DNA of 64,000 nt. Origin: an uncultured Solirubrobacterales bacterium. GTDB taxonomy: Bacteria > Actinomycetota > Thermoleophilia > Solirubrobacterales > Solirubrobacteraceae. The DNA is taken from positions 2,313,700 to 2,377,699 of the forward strand of contig OY970219.1 of assembly GCA_963713985.1 (NCBI GenBank). The letters are read 5' to 3'. Each line of letters begins with the position of its first letter. Position 1 is the stretch's first letter. Below are positions 26,114 to 35,846 of the stretch, in pieces. The notes beneath the pieces are model-generated. The model saw only the letters and a list, made by a program, of their open reading frames with translations, made no database searches and was not told the origin of the DNA. Position numbers and translations under genes: made by a program.

Positions 26114-26161
26114 AGGGCCCGGTTGTGGAGGGCCCCCTCGTCATGGGGGGCGCCCCCGCCT

Positions 26162-27772
26162 GTGAGCGCCCTGAGCGGCGCCACCGAGCGTGCCCTGCGG
26201 GGCGGTCCCGAGCGCCACCACGAGAAGGCCAGGGAGCAGAGCAAGCTGCCGGTGCGCGAGCGCGTGGGGCTGCTGCTCGACCCGGGCTCCTTCGCGGAGG
26301 AGGCGCTGCTGGCGAACTGGCAGGAGGAGAGCCTCGGCGCGGACGGGGTGGTCACGGGCCTCGGGCGGATCGGCGCCCGCCCCGTGGCGCTGATGGCCAA
26401 CGACCCCACCGTGAAGGCGGGCTCGTGGGGGCCGAAGACGGTGGAGAAGATCCTCCGCGTCCAGGAGCGTGCCCTGCAGCTGCGGATACCGATGGTCTAC
26501 CTCGTGGACTCCGCGGGCGCGCGCATCACCGAGCAGGTGCAGATGTTCCCCGGCCGGCGGGGGGCGGGAAGGATCTTCTACAACCAGGTGAAGCTCTCCG
26601 GTCTCGTGCCCCAGGTGTGCGTGCTGTTCGGTCCCTCCGCCGCCGGCGGCGCGTACATCCCGGCGTTCTGCGACATCGTGATCATGCGCGAGGGCAACGC
26701 CTCGATGTACCTGGGCTCGCCACGGATGGCCCAGATGGTGATCGGGGAGGACGTGACCCTGGAGGAGATGGGCGGAGCGCGGATGCACACCGGCGTCTCC
26801 GGCTGCGCTCACACGCTGGTGGGAAGCGACGAGGAGGGGATCGAGGAGGCCAGGCGCTACCTCTCCTACCTGCCGGGCAACTGCGAGGAGGACCCGCCGG
26901 TCCACTCGCCCGCGGAGGATCGACCTGCTCCTGTGCCCGCCGCCGCCCCGGGCGCTTCTGGGCCCTCGAATGGGCACGCCACCGAGCCAGCCGCACCTCC
27001 CTTCGCCCCAGCCTCCCAGACACCGATCGGCGAGCTGATCCCGGCCGACGAGAACAAGCCCTTCGACATGAAGCTGCTGCTCGACGCACTCCTGGACGGG
27101 GGCTCTTTCATGGAGATCCACGCGCGCTGGGCGAAGGAGCTGATCGTCGGCTTCGCGCGCCTGGAGGGGCGGGCTGTGGGGATTGTGGCCAACCAGCCGA
27201 AGTTCAAGGGCGGCGTGCTGTTCGGCGACTCCGCCGACAAGGCCGCGCGGTTCATCTGGACGTGCAACGCCTTCAACGTCCCCCTGCTGTTCCTCGCCGA
27301 CGTGCCCGGCTTCATGATCGGCACCCAGGTGGAGCGCCAGGGCATCATCCGCCACGGCGCGAAGATGATCAGCGCGGTCTCCGAGGCCACGGTCCCGAAG
27401 ATCTCGGTGATCGTACGCAAGGCCTATGGCGCGGGCCTCTACGCGATGGCGGGGCCGGCGTTCGACCCCGACTGCTGCCTGGCGCTGCCGAGCGCCTCGA
27501 TCGCGGTGATGGGCCCCCAGGCGGCGATCAATGCGGTCTACTACAACCAGCTGCAGGCGATCGAGGACGAGGCCGAGCGCCTGGCGGAGACCGAGCGCCT
27601 GCGCGGGGAGTACGCCGCGGACATCGACATCCTGCACCTCGCCTCGGAGCTGGTGGTGGACGCGGTGATCCAGCCCGGGGACCTGCGCTCCGAGCTGATT
27701 CGCCGCTTCGCGCTCGCCGCCGGCCGCCGCCGGGAGTGGCCGGCCAAGCACAACCCGATAACGCCGGTTTAG
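26162..27772 (+). CDS. Acyl-CoA carboxylase carboxyltransferase (beta) subunit
   Basis: KLPVRERVGLLLDPGSF, ADGVVTG, DSAGARI, GPSAAGGAYIP, EEMGGA, DVPGFMIG, RKAYGAG, AVMGP; GTG 26162. Confidence 0.93.
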   Translation: MSALSGATERALRGGPERHHEKAREQSKLPVRERVGLLLDPGSFAEEALLANWQEESLGADGVVTGLGRIGARPVALMANDPTVKAGSWGPKTVEKILRVQERALQLRIPMVYLVDSAGARITEQVQMFPGRRGAGRIFYNQVKLSGLVPQVCVLFGPSAAGGAYIPAFCDIVIMREGNASMYLGSPRMAQMVIGEDVTLEEMGGARMHTGVSGCAHTLVGSDEEGIEEARRYLSYLPGNCEEDPPVHSPAEDRPAPVPAAAPGASGPSNGHATEPAAPPFAPASQTPIGELIPADENKPFDMKLLLDALLDGGSFMEIHARWAKELIVGFARLEGRAVGIVANQPKFKGGVLFGDSADKAARFIWTCNAFNVPLLFLADVPGFMIGTQVERQGIIRHGAKMISAVSEATVPKISVIVRKAYGAGLYAMAGPAFDPDCCLALPSASIAVMGPQAAINAVYYNQLQAIEDEAERLAETERLRGEYAADIDILHLASELVVDAVIQPGDLRSELIRRFALAAGRRREWPAKHNPITPV

Positions 27773-27797
27773 AGCCCAAGCTGCTTAGCTCTGAGGC

Positions 27798-28541
27798 GTG
27801 CTTGGCGTGCCCATCGGTATGACCGCGTGCCTATTCGACCTCGACGGAGTGCTGACGCAGACAGCCAAGGTGCATGCCGCCGCTTGGAAGCAGATGTTCG
27901 ACGACTACTTGCGCAAGCGCGCCCGCCGCTCCGACGAAGCCTTCGTTCCCTTCGATCCGATCCGCGAGTACGACCAATACGTCGACGGCAAGCCTCGCTA
28001 CGACGGTGTGCGAGCGTTTCTTGCCTCGCGCGGGGTGGAGCTGCCAGAGGGCGATCCGAGTGACACGCCGGATACCGAGACGATCGACGGTCTCGGCAAC
28101 CGCAAGAACGAGATCGTGCTCAGACTCATCCGCGAGCAGGGTGTGCAGCCTTATGAGGGCTCGGTCCGCTACGTCAAAGCGGTCCAGGCGGCCGGGTTGC
28201 GACGCGCCGTTGTCTCCTCCAGCACCAACTGCCGCGACGTTCTCGCCGCGGCTGGCATTCAGGACCTGTTCGAAGAGATCATCGACGGAGTCGTGGCCGA
28301 GCGCGAGCACCTCAAGGGCAAGCCTGCGCCGGACACATTCCTCGCAGGGGCGCGGGCCTTGGGCGTCGAACCCGCTGAGGCGATCGTGTTCGAGGACGCG
28401 CTGGCGGGTGTCGAGGCCGGTCGAGCGGGGCGCTTCGGCTTCGTGGTCGGCGTCGACCGAGTCGGCCAGGCAGAGGCGTTGAGGACCCACGGCGCTGACC
28501 TCGTCGTAGACGATCTGGCCGAGCTGTTGCCGCCGCCATGA
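27798..28541 (+). CDS. Beta-phosphoglucomutase family HAD hydrolase
   Basis: LFDLDGVLTQTAKVHAAAWK, YVDGKPRYDGV, VSSS, GKPAPD, FEDALAGVEAG. Confidence 0.92.
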   Translation: MLGVPIGMTACLFDLDGVLTQTAKVHAAAWKQMFDDYLRKRARRSDEAFVPFDPIREYDQYVDGKPRYDGVRAFLASRGVELPEGDPSDTPDTETIDGLGNRKNEIVLRLIREQGVQPYEGSVRYVKAVQAAGLRRAVVSSSTNCRDVLAAAGIQDLFEEIIDGVVAEREHLKGKPAPDTFLAGARALGVEPAEAIVFEDALAGVEAGRAGRFGFVVGVDRVGQAEALRTHGADLVVDDLAELLPPP

Positions 28542-30895
28542 TCCAGCATCCGGACTTCGCGGTCGAGCCCTGGGCAGTGCACGAGACCCACCTCGACCTC
28601 GACAGGCTCGCGCAGACGGAGTCGGTGTTTGCGCTTGCCAACGGTCACATCGGCCTGCGCGGGAACCTCGACGAGGGAGAGCCTTACGGCTTGCCGGGCA
28701 CCTACCTGGCCGGTGTCTACGAGGTGCGGCCCCTTCCCTACGCTGAGGCTGGCTATGGCGATCCGGAGGCCGGCCAGACCGTCATCAACGTCACCAACGG
28801 CAAGATCATTCGCCTGCTGGTGGAGGACGAGCCGTTCGACATCCGCTACGGCGAGCTGCGCCGCCACGAACGGGTGCTCGACCTTCGCGCCGGAGTGCTG
28901 CGCCGCACGGTCGAGTGGGTGTCTCCGACCGGACGTTCCGTGCGGGTGACCTCCACGCGCCTCGTGTCGTTCACGCAGCGGGCGGTCGCAGCGATCCTTT
29001 ACGAGGTCGAGACACTCGACGGTCAGACACCGGTGGTCGTGCAGTCTGAGCTCGTCGCCAATGAGAAGCTGCCGGTCGCCGAGCGCGATCCCCGCGCCGC
29101 GTCGGCGCTCTCCTCACCATTGCAATCCGAGCTCTTTGCCGCGCATGACACCCGCGTGATCCTGGAGCATTCCACGCGCGCAAGCGGCCTGACGATGGCC
29201 GCTGCGATGGATCACGTCATCGACGGGCCGGCGGACATGACAGCCACCTCGGAAAGCTTCGAGGACCTCGGTCGCCTGCTCGTGACGGCCGACCTCGTGC
29301 CCAAAAAGCCTCTTCGAATCGTCAAGCTCATCAGCTACGGATGGTCGCGCAAGCGCTCGGCGCCGGCGATCGTCGACCAGGTTGCAGCCGCGCTGGCGGA
29401 GGCGCGACACCGTGGCTGGGACGGTCTCCTCGCCGACCAACGCGCTTACCTGGACGACTTCTGGGATCGGGCCGACGTCGAGATCGAGGGTGACGCCGAG
29501 CTGCAGTTGGCGGTTCGCTTCGGCCTCTTCCACACGCTTCAGGCCGGCGCCAGGGCCGAGCGGCGGGCGATCGCGGCCAAGGGGCTGACCGGACCGGGCT
29601 ACGACGGACACGCGTTCTGGGATACGGAGACCTTCGTCCTGCCGGTCCTGACATATACGGCTGCGCACGCCGCGCGCGATGCCCTGCGCTGGCGCCATCT
29701 CACGCTCGGTCTCGCGCGGGAGCGAGCGACCTCGCTGGGACTGGAGGGCGCCGCGTTTCCCTGGCGGACGATCCGGGGGCAGGAGTGCTCGGGGTACTGG
29801 CCAGCAGGGACAGCGGCGTTCCATATCAATGCCGACATCGCCGATGCTGTCGTCCGCTACGAGGCGGCCAGCGATCACGACGAGGAGTTCGCGCGCGGCG
29901 TCGGCCTGGAGCTGCTCGTCGAGACGGCCCGGCTGTGGCGCTCGCTGGGGCACCACGATGCTGCCGGCCACTTCCGGATCGACGGCGTGACTGGTCCCGA
30001 CGAGTACAGCGCAATCGCCGACAACAACCTCTACACGAACCTGATGGCCGAGCGCAACCTGCGCGAGGCCTTCGAGCGCGCGAAGCGCTATCCCCAGCGA
30101 GCCGCTGAGCTCGGAGTCGATGACGAGGAGGCGTCCGCCTGGCGTGACGCCGCTCAGGCGATGCTCATCCCCTACGACAAGGAGCTGGGAGTCCACCCTC
30201 AAGCGGAGGCGTTCACGGAGCACGAGATCTGGGACTTCGACGCAACCGCCCCCGAGCAGTATCCGCTGCTGCTGCATTTCCCCTACTTCGACCTATATCG
30301 CAAGCAGGTCGTCAAGCAGGCCGACCTGGTGCTCGCGCTGCATATACGCGGTGACGCCTTCAGCGACGAGGAGAAGGCGCGCGATTTCGCCTACTACGAG
30401 CGACTGACGGTTCGCGACTCCTCGCTGTCGGCCTGCACCCAGGCGGTCATTGCCGCGGAGGTCGGACACCTCGAGCTTGCCTACGACTACCTCAGTGAGG
30501 CCGCCCTCATCGATCTCGACGACCTCCAGCACAACACGCGCGACGGCCTGCACATCGCCTCGCTGGCAGGGACATGGATCGCCGCCGTCGCGGGATTTGG
30601 AGGTATGCGAGACCACAACGGGATCCTGAGCTTCGGCCCCCGCCTCCCGCAGGCGCTCACCCGGCTCGCGTTCCGCCTCTGCTTCCGTGGGCGCAGGCTG
30701 CTGGTGGAGGTCGGTCCCGAGCAGGCGACGTACTCGCTACTTCACGGCCCCCCGCTCGAGATCGTCCATCATGGCAAGAAGGTGACGGTTGACCCGCGAG
30801 CGCCGCAGGCCTGTCCCATCCCTCCGGCACCCCCGCGCGAGACCCCTCGACAGCCTCCCGGGCGCGCACCGCAGCGGCGAGGAGCGCCGTCATGA
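28538..30895 (+). CDS. Glycoside hydrolase family 65 (trehalose/maltose-type phosphorylase)
   Basis: ESVFALANGHIGLRG, AKGLTGPGYDGHAFWDTE, PWRTIRG, IDGVTGPDEY, QVVKQAD, DSSLS, GLHIASLAG. Confidence 0.95.
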   Translation: MIQHPDFAVEPWAVHETHLDLDRLAQTESVFALANGHIGLRGNLDEGEPYGLPGTYLAGVYEVRPLPYAEAGYGDPEAGQTVINVTNGKIIRLLVEDEPFDIRYGELRRHERVLDLRAGVLRRTVEWVSPTGRSVRVTSTRLVSFTQRAVAAILYEVETLDGQTPVVVQSELVANEKLPVAERDPRAASALSSPLQSELFAAHDTRVILEHSTRASGLTMAAAMDHVIDGPADMTATSESFEDLGRLLVTADLVPKKPLRIVKLISYGWSRKRSAPAIVDQVAAALAEARHRGWDGLLADQRAYLDDFWDRADVEIEGDAELQLAVRFGLFHTLQAGARAERRAIAAKGLTGPGYDGHAFWDTETFVLPVLTYTAAHAARDALRWRHLTLGLARERATSLGLEGAAFPWRTIRGQECSGYWPAGTAAFHINADIADAVVRYEAASDHDEEFARGVGLELLVETARLWRSLGHHDAAGHFRIDGVTGPDEYSAIADNNLYTNLMAERNLREAFERAKRYPQRAAELGVDDEEASAWRDAAQAMLIPYDKELGVHPQAEAFTEHEIWDFDATAPEQYPLLLHFPYFDLYRKQVVKQADLVLALHIRGDAFSDEEKARDFAYYERLTVRDSSLSACTQAVIAAEVGHLELAYDYLSEAALIDLDDLQHNTRDGLHIASLAGTWIAAVAGFGGMRDHNGILSFGPRLPQALTRLAFRLCFRGRRLLVEVGPEQATYSLLHGPPLEIVHHGKKVTVDPRAPQACPIPPAPPRETPRQPPGRAPQRRGAPS

Positions 30896-30931
30896 AGGAC
30901 CACGCCCCGCTCGTTGGTCCACGCGTGTGGA

Positions 30932-31162
30932 TCAGGCGTCTGCGAGCGCCTCGACGACGGCTTCCAGGGCATGCTCCCCGGCACCTGTCCGGGAGGACTC
31001 GCCGGTACTGGCGTCGATTGTCTCGCCGGGCCACTCTGCATGACTTGCCGGCGCCAGCTTCCGCGCGTCCTTCTTGGCCTGCTTGTCCAGCCGGCGCTCG
31101 CGGAGCCGGCTTTCACGGGTGAGCTTTGCCATCGTGGTCTTCTTCTTGCCGCTTGAGGCCAT
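30932..31162 (-). CDS. Small basic hypothetical protein
   Basis: MASSGKKKTTMAKLTRESRLRERRLDKQAKKDARK...; SD AAGGAG upstream of ATG 31162. Confidence 0.7.
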   Translation of the reverse strand: MASSGKKKTTMAKLTRESRLRERRLDKQAKKDARKLAPASHAEWPGETIDASTGESSRTGAGEHALEAVVEALADA

Positions 31163-31207
31163 GTCTGTCGGCTCCTTGTTGTGAGTACCTAGCGTGTCCG
31201 TGGCAGG

Positions 31208-31272
31208 GTCATCCGGTGTGATGAAACCCGAAGACCGAGTTGCCGTTGAACCAGCTTCACGTTTCCTGAGGC
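31208..31272 (-). pseudogene. Cold-shock protein (Csp) N-terminal remnant
   Basis: gcc tca gga aac gtg aag [c] tgg ttc aac ... ggt ttc atc aca ccg gat gac = ASGNVK-WFN-...GFITPDD after allowing two single-base shifts. Confidence 0.65.
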
Positions 31273-31286
31273 CTGCAGACGAGCGC

Positions 31287-31574
31287 TCAGGCCAGTGCCC
31301 CGGCTGGCAGTACGAAGCGCAGCGGGGTCCGCGACTCGGTGCCGCCTGAGAGGCCGAGGCGCTGGCCGTGCAGGCCTCGTCTGGGAGCTTTGGGAGCCAC
31401 CGCCTCGGCCACCCCGGCATGATCGACGATCCACGCCATCACGGCCGGGAAGTCGCTTCCCGACGCGAGCAGGGCCGCGCGCTCGACGACATCTCCGCCG
31501 GAGGAGTGGGGGCGTGCCAGGCGCTTCACGATGGCGCGGATCTCGGCGTCGCCTGCCGCTTTCTCTGCACTCAC
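31287..31574 (-). CDS. Conserved hypothetical protein
   Basis: VSAEKAAGDAEIRAIVKRLARPHSSGGDVVERAALLASG...RGLHG...RFVLP; GTGA overlap with the upstream gene. Confidence 0.65.
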   Translation of the reverse strand: MSAEKAAGDAEIRAIVKRLARPHSSGGDVVERAALLASGSDFPAVMAWIVDHAGVAEAVAPKAPRRGLHGQRLGLSGGTESRTPLRFVLPAGALA

Positions 31575-31888
31575 GAGAACTCCGTCACCGAGTAGACGGG
31601 GTGACTGACGCGAGCGGGCGCGCTCTCGCTGCGGTCGTCGGTATGCACGCAGAAGTCCTCCAAGCGCCCGTGGTCGAGGATCGCAACCACGACATTGCTG
31701 CCCCTGGACAGCGGCCTGCCGACCTCGATCTCCTGGTCCTGCCCATCGAAGCGACAGCTCAACTTGAAGATCCGCCGAGCTCGCGCAGGGCAACCGACTG
31801 CGAGCAGCGAACGCTCGCGCAGCTCGCCGTAGACCTCCTCGGCGCGCGCTCCGTCCGACTCGATGCCACCGACGAAGAAGCTCGTCAC
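31571..31888 (-). CDS. Conserved hypothetical protein
   Basis: MTSFFVGG...RRIFKLSCRFDGQDQEIEVGRP...VVVAILDHGR...VYSVTEFS. Confidence 0.7.
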   Translation of the reverse strand: MTSFFVGGIESDGARAEEVYGELRERSLLAVGCPARARRIFKLSCRFDGQDQEIEVGRPLSRGSNVVVAILDHGRLEDFCVHTDDRSESAPARVSHPVYSVTEFS

Positions 31889-32099
31889 TTGCGCCGAGCC
31901 TTGGCCAGCACGGCGGGATCACGCCAGCGCCCCTCGGGCGTCATCTCGAGGATCCCCCCAGCGAGCCGTCCTGGACCGGGCGCTGGAACCCCCCCAGCTT
32001 CACGCGTCGGCGCTCGGCCGCGCGATCTGCCTGAATAAGCATCACTCTACGCTAGCGCAGCCGCGAGCCGTTGCCGGAGAATCGGCCGCTGAGGGACGA

Positions 32100-33728
32100 T
32101 CACGAGGTGGCCTGCGGTGATGGGATTTCAATCGTGTCCGAGCGTCGATGCTGGCGAGCATGGACGAGTTCTTGGCTGGCTCCGCAGAGCGCCCCGGCTG
32201 GGCACAGCTCGGCGGCCACGGAGCGACGGGGATTGCGGATCCCGGCGAACGCAATGAGACCTCCGCTCGCGACGAGTACGGCTGCGATTGCGTCCGCGAC
32301 GCGGAAGGCGTGCACCGACGCATCGTCAAAGGCCGCCCTGAGGAGAAGTCGCTCGCCGGGGCGTACTCCCACCAAGCTCGCTGCGCCGAGAGGCTGTCGC
32401 TTGGCTCGGCTGATCGCCGAGCGGCCAGCGGGATCGATCGCGGACCGTCGCAGCGTCGCGTCGACGCGACTGGCAAAAGCTAGAGAGACGACGGCTCCCA
32501 GCACAGCGACCGCGAACAGCTGCGCGACGCGTGAGAGCGTCGTGTTCACCGCTGCGGCGACCCCCGCGTGATCTTCCTCCACTCCCCCGAGGACCGTGGC
32601 AGTCAAGGGCGCGACAAGCATCGCGAGTCCCAGCCCGAACACGATCAGCGCCGGGAGGACATCGGTGACGTAATCGCCGCGCATATCGATCCGCGTCAAC
32701 AGCCCTACGCCGCAGCCGGCAACCAGAGGCCCGAGGCTCAGCAGCGCCCGCGACCCGATGCGGTCGGCAAGCGCGCCGAAGCGGGGGGAGAGCAGGATCA
32801 TCAGCGAGGTGACCGGAAGAAGCGCCAACCCTGCCTGAACGGGGCTGTAGCCGCTGACCTCCTGCAGAAACACAGGCAGCAGAAAGATCACTCCCCCCAG
32901 CCCAAGGTAGCTGGTCAATGTCGCCAGGTTTCCGACCGTGAAGTTGCGCTCGCGGAACAAGCTCAGCGGGAGCATCGGCGCCCGGGCTCGTGCCTCGTGC
33001 GCAACAAACGCGATCGCTGCGAGAACCCCCGCCGCGAGCGAGCCGACCACGACGCCGCTCCATCCGCGCAGCGGCTCCTCGGTGACAGCGAACACCGGGC
33101 CGGCGAGCGCGACCGCCGCCAAGAGGGCTCCAAGGAAGTCCAGACGTCCGGCTGCCGGCACGCCAGTGTCCTCAGGCACACCGCGAGCAATCAGCGTCAG
33201 GGTGACGAGGACGAGCGGTGCATTGAGCACAAAAATCAGGCGCCACGAGCCGGCAGCGATCAATACTCCCCCGATGAACGGCCCGATCAGCCCGACGATC
33301 GAGCTGAGTGCGGTCCATGTCCCGATCGCCTTGGCCCGCTCGTCTTCGGGAAACACGTGGACGATCACCGCCAAGGTGGTGGGCGTCACCAGCGCCGCGC
33401 ACGCCCCTTGCAGCGAACGGAATGCGCACAGCTCGGGGATCGACGATGCGACCGCGCAGAGAGCCGAAGTGAGGCCGAACCCGCCAACGCCGACCAGGAA
33501 CACACGCTTCTGACCGAATAGATCTCCGAGCGAGCCGCCGATCAACAACAGCGACCCCAGCGTCAGCAGATACGCGTTCGTCACCCACTGCTGGCCCGCC
33601 AGACCGCCGCCGAGGTCGCCTCGAATCGCCGGCAGCGCGACACTGGTGACGGTCGCGTCGAGGAACACGACGCTCGTACCGAGAACGGCTGCGAGCAGGG
33701 TCAGCTGCTTCTCGCGCGGTGTGGCCAC
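32100..33728 (-). CDS. MFS drug-efflux transporter (DHA2, EmrB/QacA-like)
   Basis: FLDATVTSVALPAIRGDLG, QWVTNAYLLTLGSLLLIGGSLGDLFG, WRLIFVLN; about 14 TM segments. Confidence 0.92.
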   Translation of the reverse strand: MATPREKQLTLLAAVLGTSVVFLDATVTSVALPAIRGDLGGGLAGQQWVTNAYLLTLGSLLLIGGSLGDLFGQKRVFLVGVGGFGLTSALCAVASSIPELCAFRSLQGACAALVTPTTLAVIVHVFPEDERAKAIGTWTALSSIVGLIGPFIGGVLIAAGSWRLIFVLNAPLVLVTLTLIARGVPEDTGVPAAGRLDFLGALLAAVALAGPVFAVTEEPLRGWSGVVVGSLAAGVLAAIAFVAHEARARAPMLPLSLFRERNFTVGNLATLTSYLGLGGVIFLLPVFLQEVSGYSPVQAGLALLPVTSLMILLSPRFGALADRIGSRALLSLGPLVAGCGVGLLTRIDMRGDYVTDVLPALIVFGLGLAMLVAPLTATVLGGVEEDHAGVAAAVNTTLSRVAQLFAVAVLGAVVSLAFASRVDATLRRSAIDPAGRSAISRAKRQPLGAASLVGVRPGERLLLRAAFDDASVHAFRVADAIAAVLVASGGLIAFAGIRNPRRSVAAELCPAGALCGASQELVHARQHRRSDTIEIPSPQATS

Positions 33729-33807
33729 TCCTCGGACGTATGGCACATGCGCAGATTGGCACGTCGCGGGCGCCACTCGCCTCGCGACCGCACCTTGGAC
33801 GAATGAG

Positions 33808-34734
33808 TTACGCCACCTGCGTGGTGGCCGACAGCCGGTCGACCTCTGCGGGCGTCAGTTTCAGCGTCGCGGCGGGCAGGATCTGGTCGAGCTGCTCTGT
33901 TGTCCGCGCGCTGGCGATCGGGGCGAGGACCCGGGGCTGGGCGAGCAACCAGGCGAGCGAGACGGCGGCCACCGTCGTCTCGTGGGCTGCCGCGACCTCG
34001 TCGAGTGCCTCCAGTACAGCCGCCCCTCCGCTGTCGAGGTAAGCACGGGCGGCCTCGGCGCGCTCGGACTTCACGGCCTCGCCGCCAGGCCGGTACTTGC
34101 CGCTCAGAAAGCCCTTGGCCAGCGCGAAGTAAGGCAACACGGCAAGGTCCCAGGCCTCGGCGACGGGCAGCAGCGTGCGCTCGAAGTCGCGCTCGAGGAG
34201 GTTGTAGTGCGGCTGCAGGACCGTGAACTCTGCAAGCCCATGCGTGCGCTGGAAATCGAGTGCTGTGGCGAGTCGCTGCGGCGTGTAGTTGGAGGCGCCG
34301 ATGTGGCGAACCGTGCCCGCCTTGACGAGTGCGTCGAAGGCGCTCAGCGACTCTTCCAGCGCCGTCTCCTGATCGTCGAAGTGCGCGTAGTAGAGGTCGA
34401 TGTGGTCGGTCTGCAGGCGCTCGAGCGAGGCGTGCGCCTCGCGCTCGATCGTGTCGGCCCGTAGGTTGCGGAGTGCTCCGTGGCCGCCGCCGACCTTTGT
34501 GGCCAGGACGATCTGCTCACGGTTCCCGCGAGCGGCGATCCAGCGCCCGATGATCGTCTCCGAGCGGCCGTGCTCGACCAGGTAGGAGTTCGCGGTGTCG
34601 ATGAAGTTGCCGCCCGCGCCGGTGTACGCGTCGAGGATGGCGTGAGACTGCGGCTCCTCGGCGGTCCAGCCGAACACGTTGCCGCCGAGGCAGATGGGGA
34701 ACACGTCGAGGTCGGTACGTCCGAGAGCGGTCAT
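33808..34734 (-). CDS. Aldo/keto reductase
   Basis: LGGNVFGW, FIDTANSY, LATKVG, SLERLQTDHIDLYYAH, IGASNY, QPHYNLLER, PIASAR. Confidence 0.93.
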   Translation of the reverse strand: MTALGRTDLDVFPICLGGNVFGWTAEEPQSHAILDAYTGAGGNFIDTANSYLVEHGRSETIIGRWIAARGNREQIVLATKVGGGHGALRNLRADTIEREAHASLERLQTDHIDLYYAHFDDQETALEESLSAFDALVKAGTVRHIGASNYTPQRLATALDFQRTHGLAEFTVLQPHYNLLERDFERTLLPVAEAWDLAVLPYFALAKGFLSGKYRPGGEAVKSERAEAARAYLDSGGAAVLEALDEVAAAHETTVAAVSLAWLLAQPRVLAPIASARTTEQLDQILPAATLKLTPAEVDRLSATTQVA

Positions 34735-34980
34735 GCTCCCACGGTAGCCGTCGCCGTGGCGCGGCGATGCTCGGACCTCGGCCGGACCACCACCCAAGCC
34801 AGCGTCCGTCCTGGCGCGATGCCCTTGCCCGCGGCTTCATCGCGTCACAAACCTTGGGCCTGCACGATGTACTGGTTGTGGGCGTCGATGATGACCATGC
34901 CGATGAGGCGCTGCTTGTTGCGGATGACGGCGCCGCCGACACTCCGGCGGATGAATCGCGCGACGCGGGCGCTATTGCCG

Positions 34981-35595
34981 TCAAGTCTGTGGGTAGGCCT
35001 CCCCGGGCATGCCCGCGGCGCGGGTCTGCTCATCCTGGAAGGGCGGGTAGGTCTCGCTCAGCAGGTAGATGTAGGCGTCGCTGCGCGCCATGTAGGAGTT
35101 GGCCAGCACCATCACATCGAACAGCCCACGCGGCATCTTTCCGATCACGAGGATCACCACCCAAGCTGCGAACGCGCCGATTTTGAGCAGCAGTTCCATC
35201 ACGTAGCGCAGGATCAGGATCGGGATCACGAGGACGATGCGAAAGAGCGTCTTCAGGCGGCTGTAGCGCTCCAGGGGACCGGCGAACTCCAGGCGCACCG
35301 GGTAGGAGGCATCGTCGGAGCCGCCGAAGGCGGGGTAGGGGTCGCAGAGCAGCGAGATGTACGCGGTGAAGCGCGTGATGAAGCGGGTGTACCCCGCCAC
35401 GAAGTCGTACAGGCCCCGCGGGTAGCGGGCGGTGAAGACGATCGCGAACCACGCGATCAGGAGCGCCACGGAGGCGACGATCGCGTACAGGTACAGCCAG
35501 ATCGCGAGCGGGATGGCGAGGATGAGGCGGAAGAACGTCGTCAGCCGGTTGCGCCGCTCGGCGTAGTCGGCTTCGAAGGTGACGGGATAGGGCAC
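34981..35595 (-). CDS. DUF4389 domain membrane protein
   Basis: Two repeats: RNRLTTFFRLILAIP...FTARYPRGLYDF...YPAF and RLKTLFRIVLVIP...GKMPRGLFD...ETYPPF. Confidence 0.85.
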   Translation of the reverse strand: MPYPVTFEADYAERRNRLTTFFRLILAIPLAIWLYLYAIVASVALLIAWFAIVFTARYPRGLYDFVAGYTRFITRFTAYISLLCDPYPAFGGSDDASYPVRLEFAGPLERYSRLKTLFRIVLVIPILILRYVMELLLKIGAFAAWVVILVIGKMPRGLFDVMVLANSYMARSDAYIYLLSETYPPFQDEQTRAAGMPGEAYPQT

Positions 35596-35846
35596 GGATG
35601 CTCCCCTTTCGTGATCGCTGCGGGTTCCTCCGAGAGCGCCATTTGAGCGCTTTGCAACAAGCTTACGGTCTCCGTCGGCGGCGCCGAGGACGCGGTGAGC
35701 GGAGGAGCTGCTGGAGGGCACCCGGCCACGCGCTTCGGGAACGGGGCGTTGAGAGGCATGCGCCTACGCCGGAAAATACGCATCTGCACCGGCACCCAGG
35801 TACTCTGCGACCGGTCGACGCACACACATCCGGTAGCGTTGCGCCG

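Noticed and set aside
24544-27772. Novel pathway from hbd, carboxyltransferase, HMG-CoA lyase and crotonases
   Set aside because: Consistent with ordinary acyl-CoA and leucine-type catabolism; nothing beyond known families.
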